Assembly (NCBI RefSeq): GCF_910592395.1
Contig: NC_088308.1
Span: 1,488,001 to 1,552,000 of the forward strand
DNA length: 64,000 nucleotides
Direction: 5' to 3'
DNA from: Lineus longissimus
Taxonomy: Eukaryota
Both the position numbers and the translations under genes were made by a program. The notes beneath the pieces are model-generated. The model saw only the letters and a program-made list of their open reading frames with translations, was not told the DNA's origin and made no database searches. Each line of letters starts with the position of its first letter. The first letter of the stretch is position 1. Shown piece by piece: positions 28,631 to 40,766 of this stretch.

Positions 28631-30139
28631 CTAACTCACTGTAAGCTTCCCAACTGGTCTATGTAGCAACCAATCCATTACAAGAATTGCAATTACCCTA
28701 AAGCTGCAACAGGATATTAAAGTGAGGATATCTTGGGTTAGCAGCGTGGTTCTATTCTCCCGTGGCACATCAAACTCCTCTCAATGGACATCTCATGTCA
28801 GTTAGATTATGCAGAGGAACCTTGGACGTAGAATACTGAATATGGTATAACAGCCTGCTGTCCCTACTCACTGAAATGAAATGTTAGTTTCTGTACATGT
28901 GCTGTCTCAAAGCTCTATTCATTCCTAAACCTGCCCCTCAAATCATCATTCCTCCAAACAGATCAAGAGACTCTACAAGATCATATGTGTGCTGTATTCC
29001 AAGAGGAGACTCTCTTAATCTTACCAAGAACTTTTCTCCTGGGAAGAGAAAATGATTAGAAAGATGGTCGGATAAACTATTTAAGAGGCTGTCTCTTAAG
29101 TACCCGGTAACATAACGGCACTCGCGCACACTAGATGATCCCGGTGGAAAACATAATGCCACACTTTAGCGCTTCTAATTTCACCACTCACTTTTATAGC
29201 AGCGTTCCAAGGAAGTGGGTTCCAGAAGACAGAAAACAGGCATTGCAGACAAGTACAGACTGTGTGGCCATTTCTCTATGGTTGAGATTGAGGCACAACC
29301 CTAACAAAAACAACAAAGTATGAAGGTCTGTGGTGTCATCAAATCCTGTGCAAATTCATTTAGGCAACACTTGGCTTTAGTAATAGTTGTATGAGGAATC
29401 AACAACTCTTTAGAAAGCGTCGCTGACAAGCTGCATACATCCTTAGTCATTTGTAGTTTCATAAGAGTTGTGAAATCTGCCGATAGTAATCATGTAGTAT
29501 ATGTTACTGTACATCTACCGATAGATTCTGACAGCAAAATAATATACATTATTCAAGGAACCACTATTACACAGAAAACACCCAGAAAAACCTGACGATT
29601 GTCATGAGACGCAAGAAAAGATCGAAGTCATTACAGAAAAGAATACAAACAAGCAAAGATCAAACATATTGCTTTCAAATTATTTGGAGACAACGGGAAC
29701 TTACCAAATCAGCCCGAGTGCAAAATCCAAGCTCGGTCGCCAAAATAATGCAAAGCGTCACTATTCTGATGAGCACACCGTATTCCAATATCTACCAAGC
29801 TGACGTCGCCAGCTACACACGATCGTGTTCTCCCCTTGCTAGCAGAGTAACGCTGAACTATAATCAATGGTAATTCAGACTTTATGACTGAAACCAACAA
29901 TATCATGAAGTTGAAACCTATCGAGTCGTGTTTAAATAAGAGTCGGATAAAGTGCAGAATCATGTGGCTCATTTGCCTGATCGGTGACGAGAGTGTAAAA
30001 ATAATAATAAGACGTGCAAAACATCATGTTAACCCTTTTGATTCTCAATGAAGTAGATGCCAGCACTGTGAGTTCATCACAGCAAAGTGTTGATCTATGA
30101 GGAATCTCAACACAAACTGACTGATGGCAGAGTAGATAC

Positions 30140-30710
30140 TGTAAAAGACAGCATCCACTAGTCATATGCCACTGGAGCGTTTTTTCCTGTCTGGCCACTG
30201 CGCGATAAACATGCATGGATCTACCAGTTGGCGTCTTTTGACGCCAATGGTGTTCTCAACCAACTGCGCCAGCAAGGAATTTGAATTTCTAAATACCAAC
30301 TGGAGCCTCATGTAGTTTTTCACAGCAGCATCATGCTTGGGAAAATGCTCTCACGGAATCAGTGGAATCAGTCCTTTGGATCGTGACTGCCATCTTTGCT
30401 CCCAAGTGGTTCGAACCATTCGAGGCTAGGTTGAACGTGGCAGTGGGAACAAGAGGTCTGAACAAGACCATGCGTGGCAGAGTACACAATCACTCTCAAA
30501 CTGTCAATACCAACCTGCTTTAGTCAAACATGACCCATCGATTGACAGAAACACATGTTCTTACCTTCCACAAGGGCACAACAGAGACGCATCCGAACAC
30601 TGATGAAAAAACGTGCTTCTATCCATCGCACAAGTCTAAAGCTTTCTCAATCAGTTTCCTCAATGGATTCAATGAGAGTGGAATACCTGGATGACCTGGA
30701 GCCAGTGATC
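30140..30710 (-). mobile_element. Possible decayed non-LTR retrotransposon 3' region (RNase H / zinc knuckle)
   Basis: ITGSRS, LSIDGSC, TWEQRWQS and EKTLQWHMTSGCCLL remnants, in the order seen in RNase H-bearing LINEs. Confidence 0.35.
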
Positions 30711-31941
30711 CTTGGCTAAACTCTCCACGTAACATCTCAATATGTGAGTAGTAACATCACACTTCTAATGGAAGAGCATAACCAGCAACACAAACTTAAT
30801 GATGTGATAAAACAGCCAAGTCGAACTCTAAAGTTTATTGGGATATTCCTGGATGCAACAGGCATTATCAATGGTACCTTGCCCGCTGCTGGCAGATTGT
30901 CATGGTGGAAAAGACTGAAATTGAAAACATTAGCTAGTAACTCCCAACATGTTTGGGTTGTCCTGTTTGTGGGGGCTGATTTCTCTGTGATAGAGTGGAC
31001 AAGTCATGTCAAACAGTAGTGATTTCCTCTCCGGTCATCAGTCTTCTCCAACATAAATCATTTTCAGGGCTAATGTGTGATAGCTACCCAGCCGTAATCT
31101 GACATCCACCATCTTGTTATTTTATCCTGTAAAAGCTCTTGAAACTTAAAAACAACAATCTCACCTTTCTGAACAACCTTGATGTGGATGGATGATTCAG
31201 TTTAACTGATGGAAAGTATGGATCATTAGCTCAAGTTCAAGCTACAGTATATATGTAATAAGAACTTCATAGGGATTAACCTGAACTAGTTTTGACAGCC
31301 AGGTAAAGTGAAGAAACCTTACATCAGAGATCATAGCCAGCTGGAAGAGGCACACAGCAGATACACTTAGACTTAATAAAAGCCATGGCGGCTCAATACA
31401 AATGTAGGTTGTTTCTTTCATTAGCCATTAGAATTTGAACTTCCAAATTATCTGCAAAATATTTTCTTGGCTTGAATTCATTTTGACTGGTAATAGGCAG
31501 GTATCTTTGCTAACTCAGCCATTAACTTGGCTCATTAGAGAGTAAGGAGAAGCTAATAAGCCAGCACTTGCTCTCAGCAGGGAGAACTATTACCTTAACC
31601 ACAAATGCTACTTCGACTAATAAACAAGTGCACACTTCCTCACCAGGTCCTCTATAAGCATCCAACAGAGATGCCATCTGAAGTCACTGAAATGAACTAC
31701 TGCCACTTCACCTTGCAGTGGCATTCTATTTCACTGACCTGGCTTATCAGTCATTTCAAGTCATATCAGATACATTAACATAGATAGGGAGAATATCAAC
31801 AAGGATAAGTTACTCCATTATTTCGGACACTTGACATCGGGTTTTTCTCCATGATTTCAGACCTGGGGGTTCAAAACAAATACTTGGCAATAACCTTTTT
31901 ACACCTACACAATTAAACATGACACACAAAGATGAACTTAC

Positions 31942-32025
31942 CAGCTTCTGGGCAGATACATGGAGTTATCGATGAAGACAGAGCCAGCCATCAGGATGTA
32001 CCAACAAGTGTTCATCTCACCAGCA
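31942..32025 (-). CDS. RAPGEF2: PDZ-GEF coding exon 3: (C)AGEMNTCWYILMAGSVFIDNSMYLPRS
   Basis: TTACAG| acceptor and CTG|GTAAGT donor; 84 nt, phase 2-2. Matches RAPGEF2 TCWYILLSGSVFIKESMFLPRS. Confidence 0.94.
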
Positions 32026-33206
32026 CTGTAACAGAATGACATTGATAATATAGCAAATTTTAAAGGAACAAGTTGGCCATGAGATATCTGACTTCTACAA
32101 TGGATAACTGGACTGCAAGGCCGTGTTTGTTATCGCCATCGGCTTGAGAGTGATATTACGGTACATGGTGGCGGTCAAGGGTATTATCTTCCTGCACAAC
32201 TTAATAATTCCACACTCAAGTTGTCCCTCGGACATATAAACATAACATCCCTTTGAACAATTACCATTTTAAAAACAACTCCTGTGACTTATTTTGAGAG
32301 ACGGAAGCATGTTTTCGTGTAATTCAGTATAATTGAACAAACAATGAAGATTATAAATGTAACCTTTAAGAGATAACACTTGACCTGATCCAATAACATC
32401 ATGCCCGAATTGAAAAAAATTGGGTCACAGACAAGAACATGATGTGATGGAACTTTCCAACAATTCCGGCCTTAATAAGGTATCTCAAGAGTACCTGATC
32501 AATTTTGAAAGATGACCCCACCCAGCAGTCGAGCAGGACAAAAGGCACCAACAGTTTTCACTCAAAGTGAACATGATCACGTAGATGAGATATCATCATG
32601 ACTGTTCCGAAAGTGAAATTTTGGCATAGAATCAAAGAATGGATAAGTTTGTGGATCTCATTTATACTCAACTATGACACCATTGCATCTCTCAACACAC
32701 AATTTGCTGAAACACTTGAAGAGACATCTGGTGAAAGACAACTGAGAACTAATTCTGTAATCTAAATTTCTGCTTTGACCATGCACAACATAAACGGTGA
32801 ACATGACTACATCCCCTATTGCTGACCTTTAGGCGTGTTCACTGTTCAAGATGTGCATGTCAATTGTCATTTTCAGATCAGAGAATAGGAAGATGAACCC
32901 CAGGCCATATTTGCCAACATTACAAAGGCATCAAGTTCTGTATAAAATCTAAATAATTTAAAGCACCAGTGGCTACTGGAGCACAATTCATTGATGGCAC
33001 GTAGAAGGGAACATCATACATGCATGCCAAACTGAAAGTCTTGCAAGCATTGATTGCTCAAGACGACTGCCTCCCTTGCAGCTCGTGTCCCATGGATACT
33101 CCCCAAGACAAGTTGTTCTAAGGGAAAATTTGTCCATGCTTGCTTCCCAAGAAAAATTCTCCCCCATTACCGTCTCTGCAATGTCTGCTTCCATCGCTAT
33201 ACCTAC

Positions 33207-33334
33207 CAATAGAGAATAGAATTAGCCTGGTGGTGTTCGTATCTGACATGGCGGCATATTGCCCTCAGTGATGGCTCGCGAAGGGACCGCAGTGCTTCCA
33301 GGCCGTGCAGGAAACTGAAGATGATGTCCAACTC
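33207..33334 (-). CDS. RAPGEF2: PDZ-GEF coding exon 2: ELDIIFSFLHGLEALRSLREPSLRAICRHVRYEHHQANSILY
   Basis: TTGCAG| acceptor and TG|GTAGGT donor; 128 nt. Clear match from memory to RAPGEF2 DLEIVYSYLHGMEALSNLREHQLRLMCETVRYERHEANEVLY. Confidence 0.93.
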
Positions 33335-35017
33335 CTGCAATTGAAATGACAAAAGTTAGATATGATATGTCTTTTTTAACCGGCAACTAATCATAAGATT
33401 AGCATTGGGGTTTTCCAATATGTTTTCACTGGTTAAAAGAGCAAAATCTATAAAACTCTGCACTGCTTCATACATGTACATGCCCCGAATCTTGGACAGC
33501 CAAGATTCACCTTATGCCCATGCAGTCACCTTTGAAATATTTCAGGAAGTACTTCACTTTCAGATGACTGAAACAACTTTGGAGTGAGTCACATGTGAGT
33601 AAATCAAATTCGAATCACAATGACTCTGCAATGTTATGTCAACTGCAAAGCCATGACAGTCCTTGTGCAGGGTTCAGTTACAACTTTTAACCCTGCCACA
33701 AAAACTGTACATGTATGTCAGAGGAGACAGCATGGATGCATTTACTACGAGTATGACCAGCAAAAGATACGTGATATTTTGATGATACACATGGGTGTAA
33801 CAACACAGTTCAGAGAACAAAAGAAAATGCCACAGGCACAGTTCTGAACATGCTGGCTGAATATCTCTTTATCCACGCTATGGGCTAGCCCAGCACAGTG
33901 ATGACTCATCCCCTTAGCTTGTGCAGAGGAGACAAATGAACTACATGTAGGGAGTGCAACAATAGCGTGCAAATAGAAAATAGGTTTACACCTCGGGATC
34001 CATTGATTTGCACCTGTCATAGATCTTATTGCAGTACCAGTTCAATAAGCGCTCCGATACATACGTCAGTGATTGATAGCTTGATAGCAGAATAGTAACC
34101 TACACTGAAGTGGTATAATAGGCACACAATATTGTCAAAGACTTTTGGTAAATTAGAGGAAGATGCATTTAAAATCCACCAAATCAACAACAAAGCTTTG
34201 TTGAGAATACCTACATGTAACTGGGTCTTCATTTCAATTGCATTGACTAGTTATACCGAGTTCAAGGTTTCTTGAATTCGCTAAATATCAACAACAGGAC
34301 ACCACAGACACCCCATTGGCATTGGTGGTTTCAAACATGACTGGATTACACCATGTAGAGGTCTGTCAGTATTGCATGAGATGAATCACACTGCCCACTG
34401 CACCTGTGTCGCCTTGACACAGTTCAAATTCCCAGCGACCTTAGCAACCAGGGACAGTTGACAAACACAAGTCTCATTCTCAGAAGTACTTTTTCATTTC
34501 AACTGCCATGATATAGCCATGTACAAGAGTACGAGAAATATGCATTATGTATTTTAATACCTGAATATGGAGATCAATCGATAATGTTCAGCTGCCACAC
34601 ATTTCTACTATGTTCTACATCAATATGATCATGTACACAGGTTGACACTGACAGGGGCATGATGGATGAAGTAGCATGTACTTACTGAGTGTTGACAGTT
34701 GGGGCCTTGTAATGCCAGTGATCGCTGGGAATCCCAAATCATGCCTTTTTTCAAAACTTTGCAACTACCATGAGTGAGAAGGTTTGTCTGTTGTCACTGT
34801 CTGAGGTTACTTTTAGCAGGTTTGAGACACACACTATCCCCATCAACATGATCAACCGCCACCCAATTCACTTGGGTTACATTCTATTTTCGTCAGGGGG
34901 TTTATACATGATAACACATTATTTGTTCATGATTTGGTTGTGATGAAGCATGAAAGACCACAGAAACAAAATAAAAGCATACAAAATCACAAGTTTTGAG
35001 AGGAAACTTTTACAAAC

Positions 35018-35086
35018 CTGAGGCAGTCTCTCATGAGCATGCTTCCTTAAACAGCTTATCAGGTCCCTCTCTCCGTAGTAATTCAT
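35018..35086 (-). CDS. RAPGEF2: PDZ-GEF (RAPGEF2/6-like) coding exon 1: MNYYGERDLISCLRKHAHERLPQ
   Basis: GCACC-ATG at 35086; acceptor TTTATCCAG| just before 35104; donor CAG|GTTTGT, phase 0. Resembles the RAPGEF2/6 N-terminus (xxLRKxPxERxPQ) and joins the next exon in frame. Confidence 0.8.
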
Positions 35087-37370
35087 GGTGCCGAAGTTTT
35101 AATCCTGGATAAATTCAACAAGAACTGGAATCCTAAAGGTCATACTGAATTTGGTACGGTATCCTAACTCGGAAAGTTTGGTTCCAAATGCACCATGTTA
35201 TCCTTCTTGAGACCAACAGTAAAGTATACCACATCAATTCAGGTTCACCTGATTCGATTTGAAGGACGGTTGTTGATCACAAATAATTCACTCTAGTTAT
35301 ACTTGTGGTCACGTTCTTGCACAGAAGAAAAGGGTAAATGTAAATCCTCCTAAGAATAACACATAACAAGATACAATTCACTACAACTCTAATAAAACTT
35401 CTTGACCAATTATTCCAGTGAATGATCCAGTTAAATGGATGGAAATGATACTCGAAACAACCACTTCACAAAAGCATGGACGGTACAGTTGTCAAGTGAA
35501 CACTTGTTTCCCAATGAAATCACACAGGTGTTTACCTGGATGGATTCAAGGGCAGGACATTAATGGACGAATTACAATATTTCTGGCAATATACTTCAAG
35601 AGCTTGAATTATGTATGTCTTCCGTAGAATGGAATCTTGATGTAAATGTTTTACACAACACTGGGCGTTTTTGTATTAGACACTATTTTGAAATTTCTCA
35701 AATACTTCTCTAGTTTGTTGATATTGCCTGGAAGGAACTTGAGGTCACTGGATGGATAGACGAATGGCGAGGGAGAATCTGGACGAATATCTGCATCTGG
35801 AGAATGCTTCAATACCCTATGAATTCCTCTGGGTGATTCTCGAGTTGTATCTTATAAAATAAATATTTTCATAACCTAGTTGAAATATTTTAACAAGTTT
35901 TGTATATTCTCTCATCAGGCATGTGTCCACCGAAGCGACTCACACTTGTTTTAAGTTCATACTAAGTCAGAATGGACGGTGAAGTCTACATTCTTGATAT
36001 GGATACATTGGACTGGACAAGACTTGTCCTTTTATGGATGGAAATAACCTGGATGGAAAAACACTATGGATGGACAATATGAAGTATCACAGAAGTCCCA
36101 GAAAGAGAACGTTCCGACTACATCTGGAAAAGATGAAATGCAACTGCAAGCTACATGTAGTTCCGGCCTTGCTCCATTGTTACTGCTAACACAAGCGCAT
36201 GTAATTGGCCCACTATCCTATAGGGGGGCAATTCACCACAATAAATTAGCAAATAATGATCCTAATGAGCAGCGGCCAAATAAAAATAGATCCTGATCTT
36301 GATATCATTGAAAATTCGCCAGTTCAACATCGATGACGTGCTCCTCTGTTGTATCTTATATACAGCCACCTGTAGAACTAACAAAGCTCGCATCGATGTG
36401 TCCGATTCAATGAGAATGAAACTGCAATAACTTATTTATGGAGATCATGTGAGACTGGATTATCTACTGTTCCCGCTATTCGTTCTGTTCTGCACAGCAC
36501 TACAGCATAGCATACACATCAGACGTGACTTAGAGAAATCACATCATCAGTGTTTGTCTTTATGGTAGAAATAGAAACTCAAGCACCAGATCAATAACAA
36601 TTTAAAAGTTCTGGACTCCCAATTTCACAATCTCAAACACATCTGTTTGGTCACTATGATGAATGCATGCTGGACTTGTTGATCGGTCACACCATGGATG
36701 ACTTTCTCCAATCACTTAAATGAAGCAAATGGCAAAAAGGTCAGCTACCACGAAATCTGAAATTTCCTCCAGTGGGTGATAAGTCTGTCCAAAGACTCAC
36801 ATCAACATGGGAGGTCTCCTGAAAAAGAAGGTCATCCATATAGATATTTGCTGGGAAAACGATTGTTACTTTCATGCTATTGCTACATAATTATCACCAA
36901 CATTTGGTGCAGTTAATGTTTCCATATCAGTTGTCAGTTTTGACCAGATCCGATGCTACAAATGAGTCACTTTGTTATGATCCTCAAAATCAAACACTCA
37001 GACCTGTGCGATGAAGAAAATGGCAGATGTGGATGCGCAGATGGATTGGAGGTTGCGTATCAATCAGCGTAAACTTTCAATCAAAACCACACCTGACCAG
37101 GCTCTCATCCCCTGGAGTTGTAATATCAGGAGTTAATCAGAATCTGAAGTGGTAAAGGATCACGTTCGGTGGAAAAGAAAGACATGGATTCACTCACTAG
37201 CATACTTTTGGACACACCCTGTATGCTACAGTGAGTATGTGTGATGTACACAACGGCCACACAGTCGTAGATTTTAGAAGATATTGGACTTATTGGTCAC
37301 AACACTACCCCGTTATCTAATTCCACAATAATTGACAAACAGCTCTATATATAACGTGAAATACAATTAC

Positions 37371-37550
37371 CTATCAGAGAACGAGAACCTTAATTCACTC
37401 TTTATAAGATCCATTCTCACTGAATTTGCGACGAGTTTATAAGACAAAATTACACAAAACGATACACATGTCCTTGTTTACTTTCAGAACGAGGCTCCAT
37501 TATTGTCTTCACGAAAATAGGGTTGCCGGTCGTTTCGCTCCATGACCTTT
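37371..37550 (-). other. Candidate non-coding first exon of the PDZ-GEF gene (5' end approximate)
   Basis: Donor-like TAG|GTAATT at 37371/37370; locally CpG-rich; minus-strand CCAAT at 37649-37645 upstream. Inference only. Confidence 0.35.
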
Positions 37551-38047
37551 TCGCCCCCAGTCTTTAAAGCCTGAACTAATATGCAGGGATCGGGAAAAAT
37601 TATACACGTACCTATTGTAAACAGATGGCGCTCAACTACAGAATATTGGAGTTGTTTGGCGTTAGAAGTAGGAACTAGATATAGTTGGACCAATAGTAAA
37701 TACACGTCAACGACCGGCCTACCCCTTGGCTTTAACCATCCAGGCACCAGTGGTTTTCAATATCCTCCCACGCCTCTCGATATGACGAAGGAGTATAAAA
37801 AGCCTGAAGCTCAGGGTGCCCTTGTACTAATTCTGATTGGAAAAGTCACGGTCCGACACTAATATTTTTTTGCCCCGATGCATCCTCGAAAATACCAGCT
37901 GCCGATTCGAACCATCCTCGGTACTCGAACGCTCGGAATCAGTATATGCTGCAGTTTGAAAAGTTTGGATGCGGGGTATGATAATGATAATAATGAAAAT
38001 GTTGACATCTTGTACATGGATGATTAGATAACAAGATGAGGAAGAAG

Positions 38048-38061
38048 AAAAAAAGAAAAAA
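38048..38061 (-). terminator. Pol III terminator T6-C-T7 after the tRNA-like element (T6 retained in every copy)
   Basis: Plus strand reads AAAAAAAGAAAAAA at 38048-38061. Confidence 0.7.
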
Positions 38062-38068
38062 GCTGCGG

Positions 38069-38141
38069 CAGATTCACCGGGAGTCGAACCCGTGACCAGC
38101 CGATCCACAGTCAAACACTCTTGGCGCTGAACCGTCAAGGC
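38069..38141 (-). ncRNA. tRNA-like Pol III element, copy 1 (GTG/His-like anticodon, defective acceptor stem)
   Basis: GCCTTGA CG GTTC AGCGCCAA GAGT G TTTGA CTGTGGA TCGGC TGGTC ACGGG TTCGACT CCCGG TGAATCT G. Exact 73-nt tRNA spacing; B box GGTTCGACTCC (38090-38080); terminator 7 nt downstream. Confidence 0.75.
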
Positions 38142-38172
38142 TTTCATGCTGTGTTGGTGATTTTATTCGCCT

Positions 38173-38179
38173 CTTATAT
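38173..38179 (-). promoter_or_regulatory. TATA-like ATATAAG at -38 to -32 of the tRNA-like element (repeated per unit)
   Basis: Position fits an upstream TFIIIB site; function is inferred. Confidence 0.4.
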
Positions 38180-39235
38180 GCGGTATGCAAACGAGCGCGC
38201 CGCAATTGTGACAGGGTCTCGCAGGTGGCAGAGTACTTTGCCGAAATAGTTCCAAGTAATCGTATATTTCGATAGTTGTACAGATTTTTCTCAACATATT
38301 GTATTTATATACCTCAGTGATATTAATGATTATCTTTGCAGTTGATTTAACGTTTTAATTGCCGTTTTTAAAGTTTTTAAAAATCGAGGTCAGCAGGGTC
38401 AGCAATAAATAGTTTTGAAAGAAATAGTAGTTGGCGCCGATGATATCAGCAATATGGTGGATTTCCGCCCCACCCGTGAGATTTGCTCTCGTCACGTCAT
38501 GAGCACAATGAACTGCTTGTGAACTATGCAGAATATGTATCGGCTACCGCTCTCTCCATCATTACCGACGATATGTGCCGGTGCCGGTCGTACGAGGTCG
38601 TTTCAATGAAAGAGACGCACGCCACTGCCGCACCGGTACCTGAGAAAACTTGCCGATTTAGGCAGATTTGCGATGATTGAAACAATACATCTACCTCCTA
38701 GTTCATGTATTCTCATATGACAAACCCAGTGGACATATAGCCTGAACTAACATGCAGCGATCGTTAAAACTTATACGTGTGTACCTATTGTATACATCAG
38801 ATAGCGCTCGAGCGTGCGACTACTGACTATTGGAGTTGCTTGGCGTTAGAAGTAGGAACTAGATATAATTGGACCAATATGTCAACGACCGGCGTACCCC
38901 TTTAACCATCCAGGCACCAGTGGTTTTCAATATCCTCCCACGCCTCCCGATATGACGAAGGAGTATAAAAAGCCTGAAGCTCAGGGTGCCCTTTGACTAA
39001 TTCTGATTGGAAAAGTCACGGTCCGACACTAATATTTTTTTGCCCCGATGCATCCTCGAAAATACCAGCTGCCGATTCGAACCATCCTCGGTAGTACTCG
39101 AACGCTCGATTTCAGTATAATATGCTGCAGTTTGGATGCGGGGTATGATAATGATAATAATGAAAATGTTGACATCTTGTACATGGATGATCAGATAACA
39201 AGATGAGGAAGAAGAAAAAAAGAAAAAAGCTGCGG

Positions 39236-39308
39236 CAGATTCACCGGGAGTCGAACCCGTGACCAGCCGATCCACAGTCAAACACTCTTGGCGCTGAACC
39301 GTCAAGGC
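39236..39308 (-). ncRNA. tRNA-like element copy 2
   Basis: Same sequence as copy 1. Confidence 0.72.
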
Positions 39309-39869
39309 TTTCATGCTGTGTTGGTGATTTTATTCGCCTCTTATATGCGGTATGCAAACGAGCGCGCCGCAATTGTGACAGGGTCTCGCAGGTGGCAGAG
39401 TACTTTGCCGAAATAGTTCCAAGTAATCGTATATTTCGATAGTTGTACAGATTTTTCTCAACATATCGTATTTATATACCTCAGTGATATTAATGATTAT
39501 CTTTGCAGTTGATTTAACGTTTTAATTGCCGTTTTTAAAGTTTTTAAAAATCGAGGTCAGCAGGGTCAGCAATAAATAGTTTTGAAAGAAATAGTAGTTG
39601 GCGCCGATGATATCAGCAATATTCTGCCGATTCGAACCATCCTCGGTAGTACTCGAACGCTCGGAATCAGTATAATATGCTGCACGTTTTAATTGCCGTT
39701 TTTAAAGTTTTTAAAAATCGAGGTCAGCAGGGTCAGCAATAAGTAGTTCTGAAAGAAATAGTAGTTGGCGCCGATGATATCAGCAATATGGTGGATTTCC
39801 GCCCCACCCGTGAGATTTGCTCTCGTCACGTCATGAGCACAATGAACTGCTTGTGAACTATGCAGAATA

Positions 39870-39989
39870 TGGGTGATATGAATAAAGACTAGGAAATGCT
39901 TTTATCTAAATCTCCATGTACATTTACACTAGGCCTTCCTGTACAAAACCGGAGTAAAAGCATTTGCTAGTCTTTATTCATATCACCCA
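39870..39989. mobile_element. 120-bp MITE with 35-bp TIRs in a subset of array units; also at 51694-51813, 53537-53656, 54810-54929, 57265-57384, 58538-58657, 62160-62279 and 63433-63552
   Basis: TGGGTGATATGAATAAAGACTAGGAAATGCTTTTA ... TAAAAGCATTTGCTAGTCTTTATTCATATCACCCA (one mismatch). The empty site GCAGAATATGTATCGG is present in other units; net gain is 121 bp. Confidence 0.9.
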
Positions 39990-40693
39990 ATGTATCGGCT
40001 ACCGCTCTCTCCATCATTACCGACGATATGTGCCGGTGCCGGTCGTACGAGGTCGTTTCAATGAAAGAGACGCACGCCACTGCCGCACCGGTACCTGAGA
40101 AAACTTGCCGATTTAGGCAGATTTGCGATGATTGAAACAATACATCTACCTCCTAGTTCATATATTCTCATATGACAAGCCCAGTGGACATATAGCCTGA
40201 ACTAACATGCAGCGATCGTTAAAACTTATACGTGTGTACCTATTGTATGCATCAGATAGCGCTCGAGCGTGCGACTACTGACTATTGGAGTTGCTTGGCG
40301 TTAGAAGTAGGAACTAGATATAATTGGACCAATATGTCAACGACCGGCGTACCCCTTTAACCATCCAGGCACCAGTGGTTTTCAATATCCTCCCACGCCT
40401 CCCGATATGACGAAGGAGTATAAAAAGCCTGAAGCTCAGGGTGCCCTTTGACTAATTCTGATTGGAAAGTCACGGTCCGACACTAATATTTTTTTTTTTG
40501 CCCCGATGCATCCTCGAAACTACCAGCTGCCGATTCGAACCATCCTCGGTAGTACTCGAACGCTCGGAATCAGTATAATATGCTGCAGTTTGGATGCGGG
40601 GTATGATAATGATAATAATGAAAATGTTGACATCTTGTACATGGATGATTAGATAACAAGATGAGGAAGAAGAAACAAAGAAAAAAGCTGCGG

Positions 40694-40766
40694 CAGATTC
40701 ACCGGGAGTCGAACCCGTGACCAGCCGATCCACAGTCAAACACTCTTGGCGCTGAACCGTCAAGGC
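40694..40766 (-). ncRNA. tRNA-like element copy 3
   Basis: Same sequence as copy 1. Confidence 0.72.

Larger units (their letters stand above)
1349..31941 (-). other. 30,593-bp GT-AG intron between PDZ-GEF coding exons 3 and 4
   Basis: The flanking exons are contiguous in the homologous protein (LPRS-C-FGKR) and phase-compatible. Confidence 0.85.

Noticed and set aside
38069..38141. Functional tRNA-His(GTG) or tRNA-Sec gene
   Set aside because: The acceptor stem is largely unpaired, T8 and the D-loop GG are missing, the body is unlike eukaryotic tRNA-His, and there is no TCA anticodon or long variable arm.
38240..38249. GCCGAAATAG, matching the 5' end of tRNA-Phe
   Set aside because: Only 10 nt, with no downstream arms or B box.
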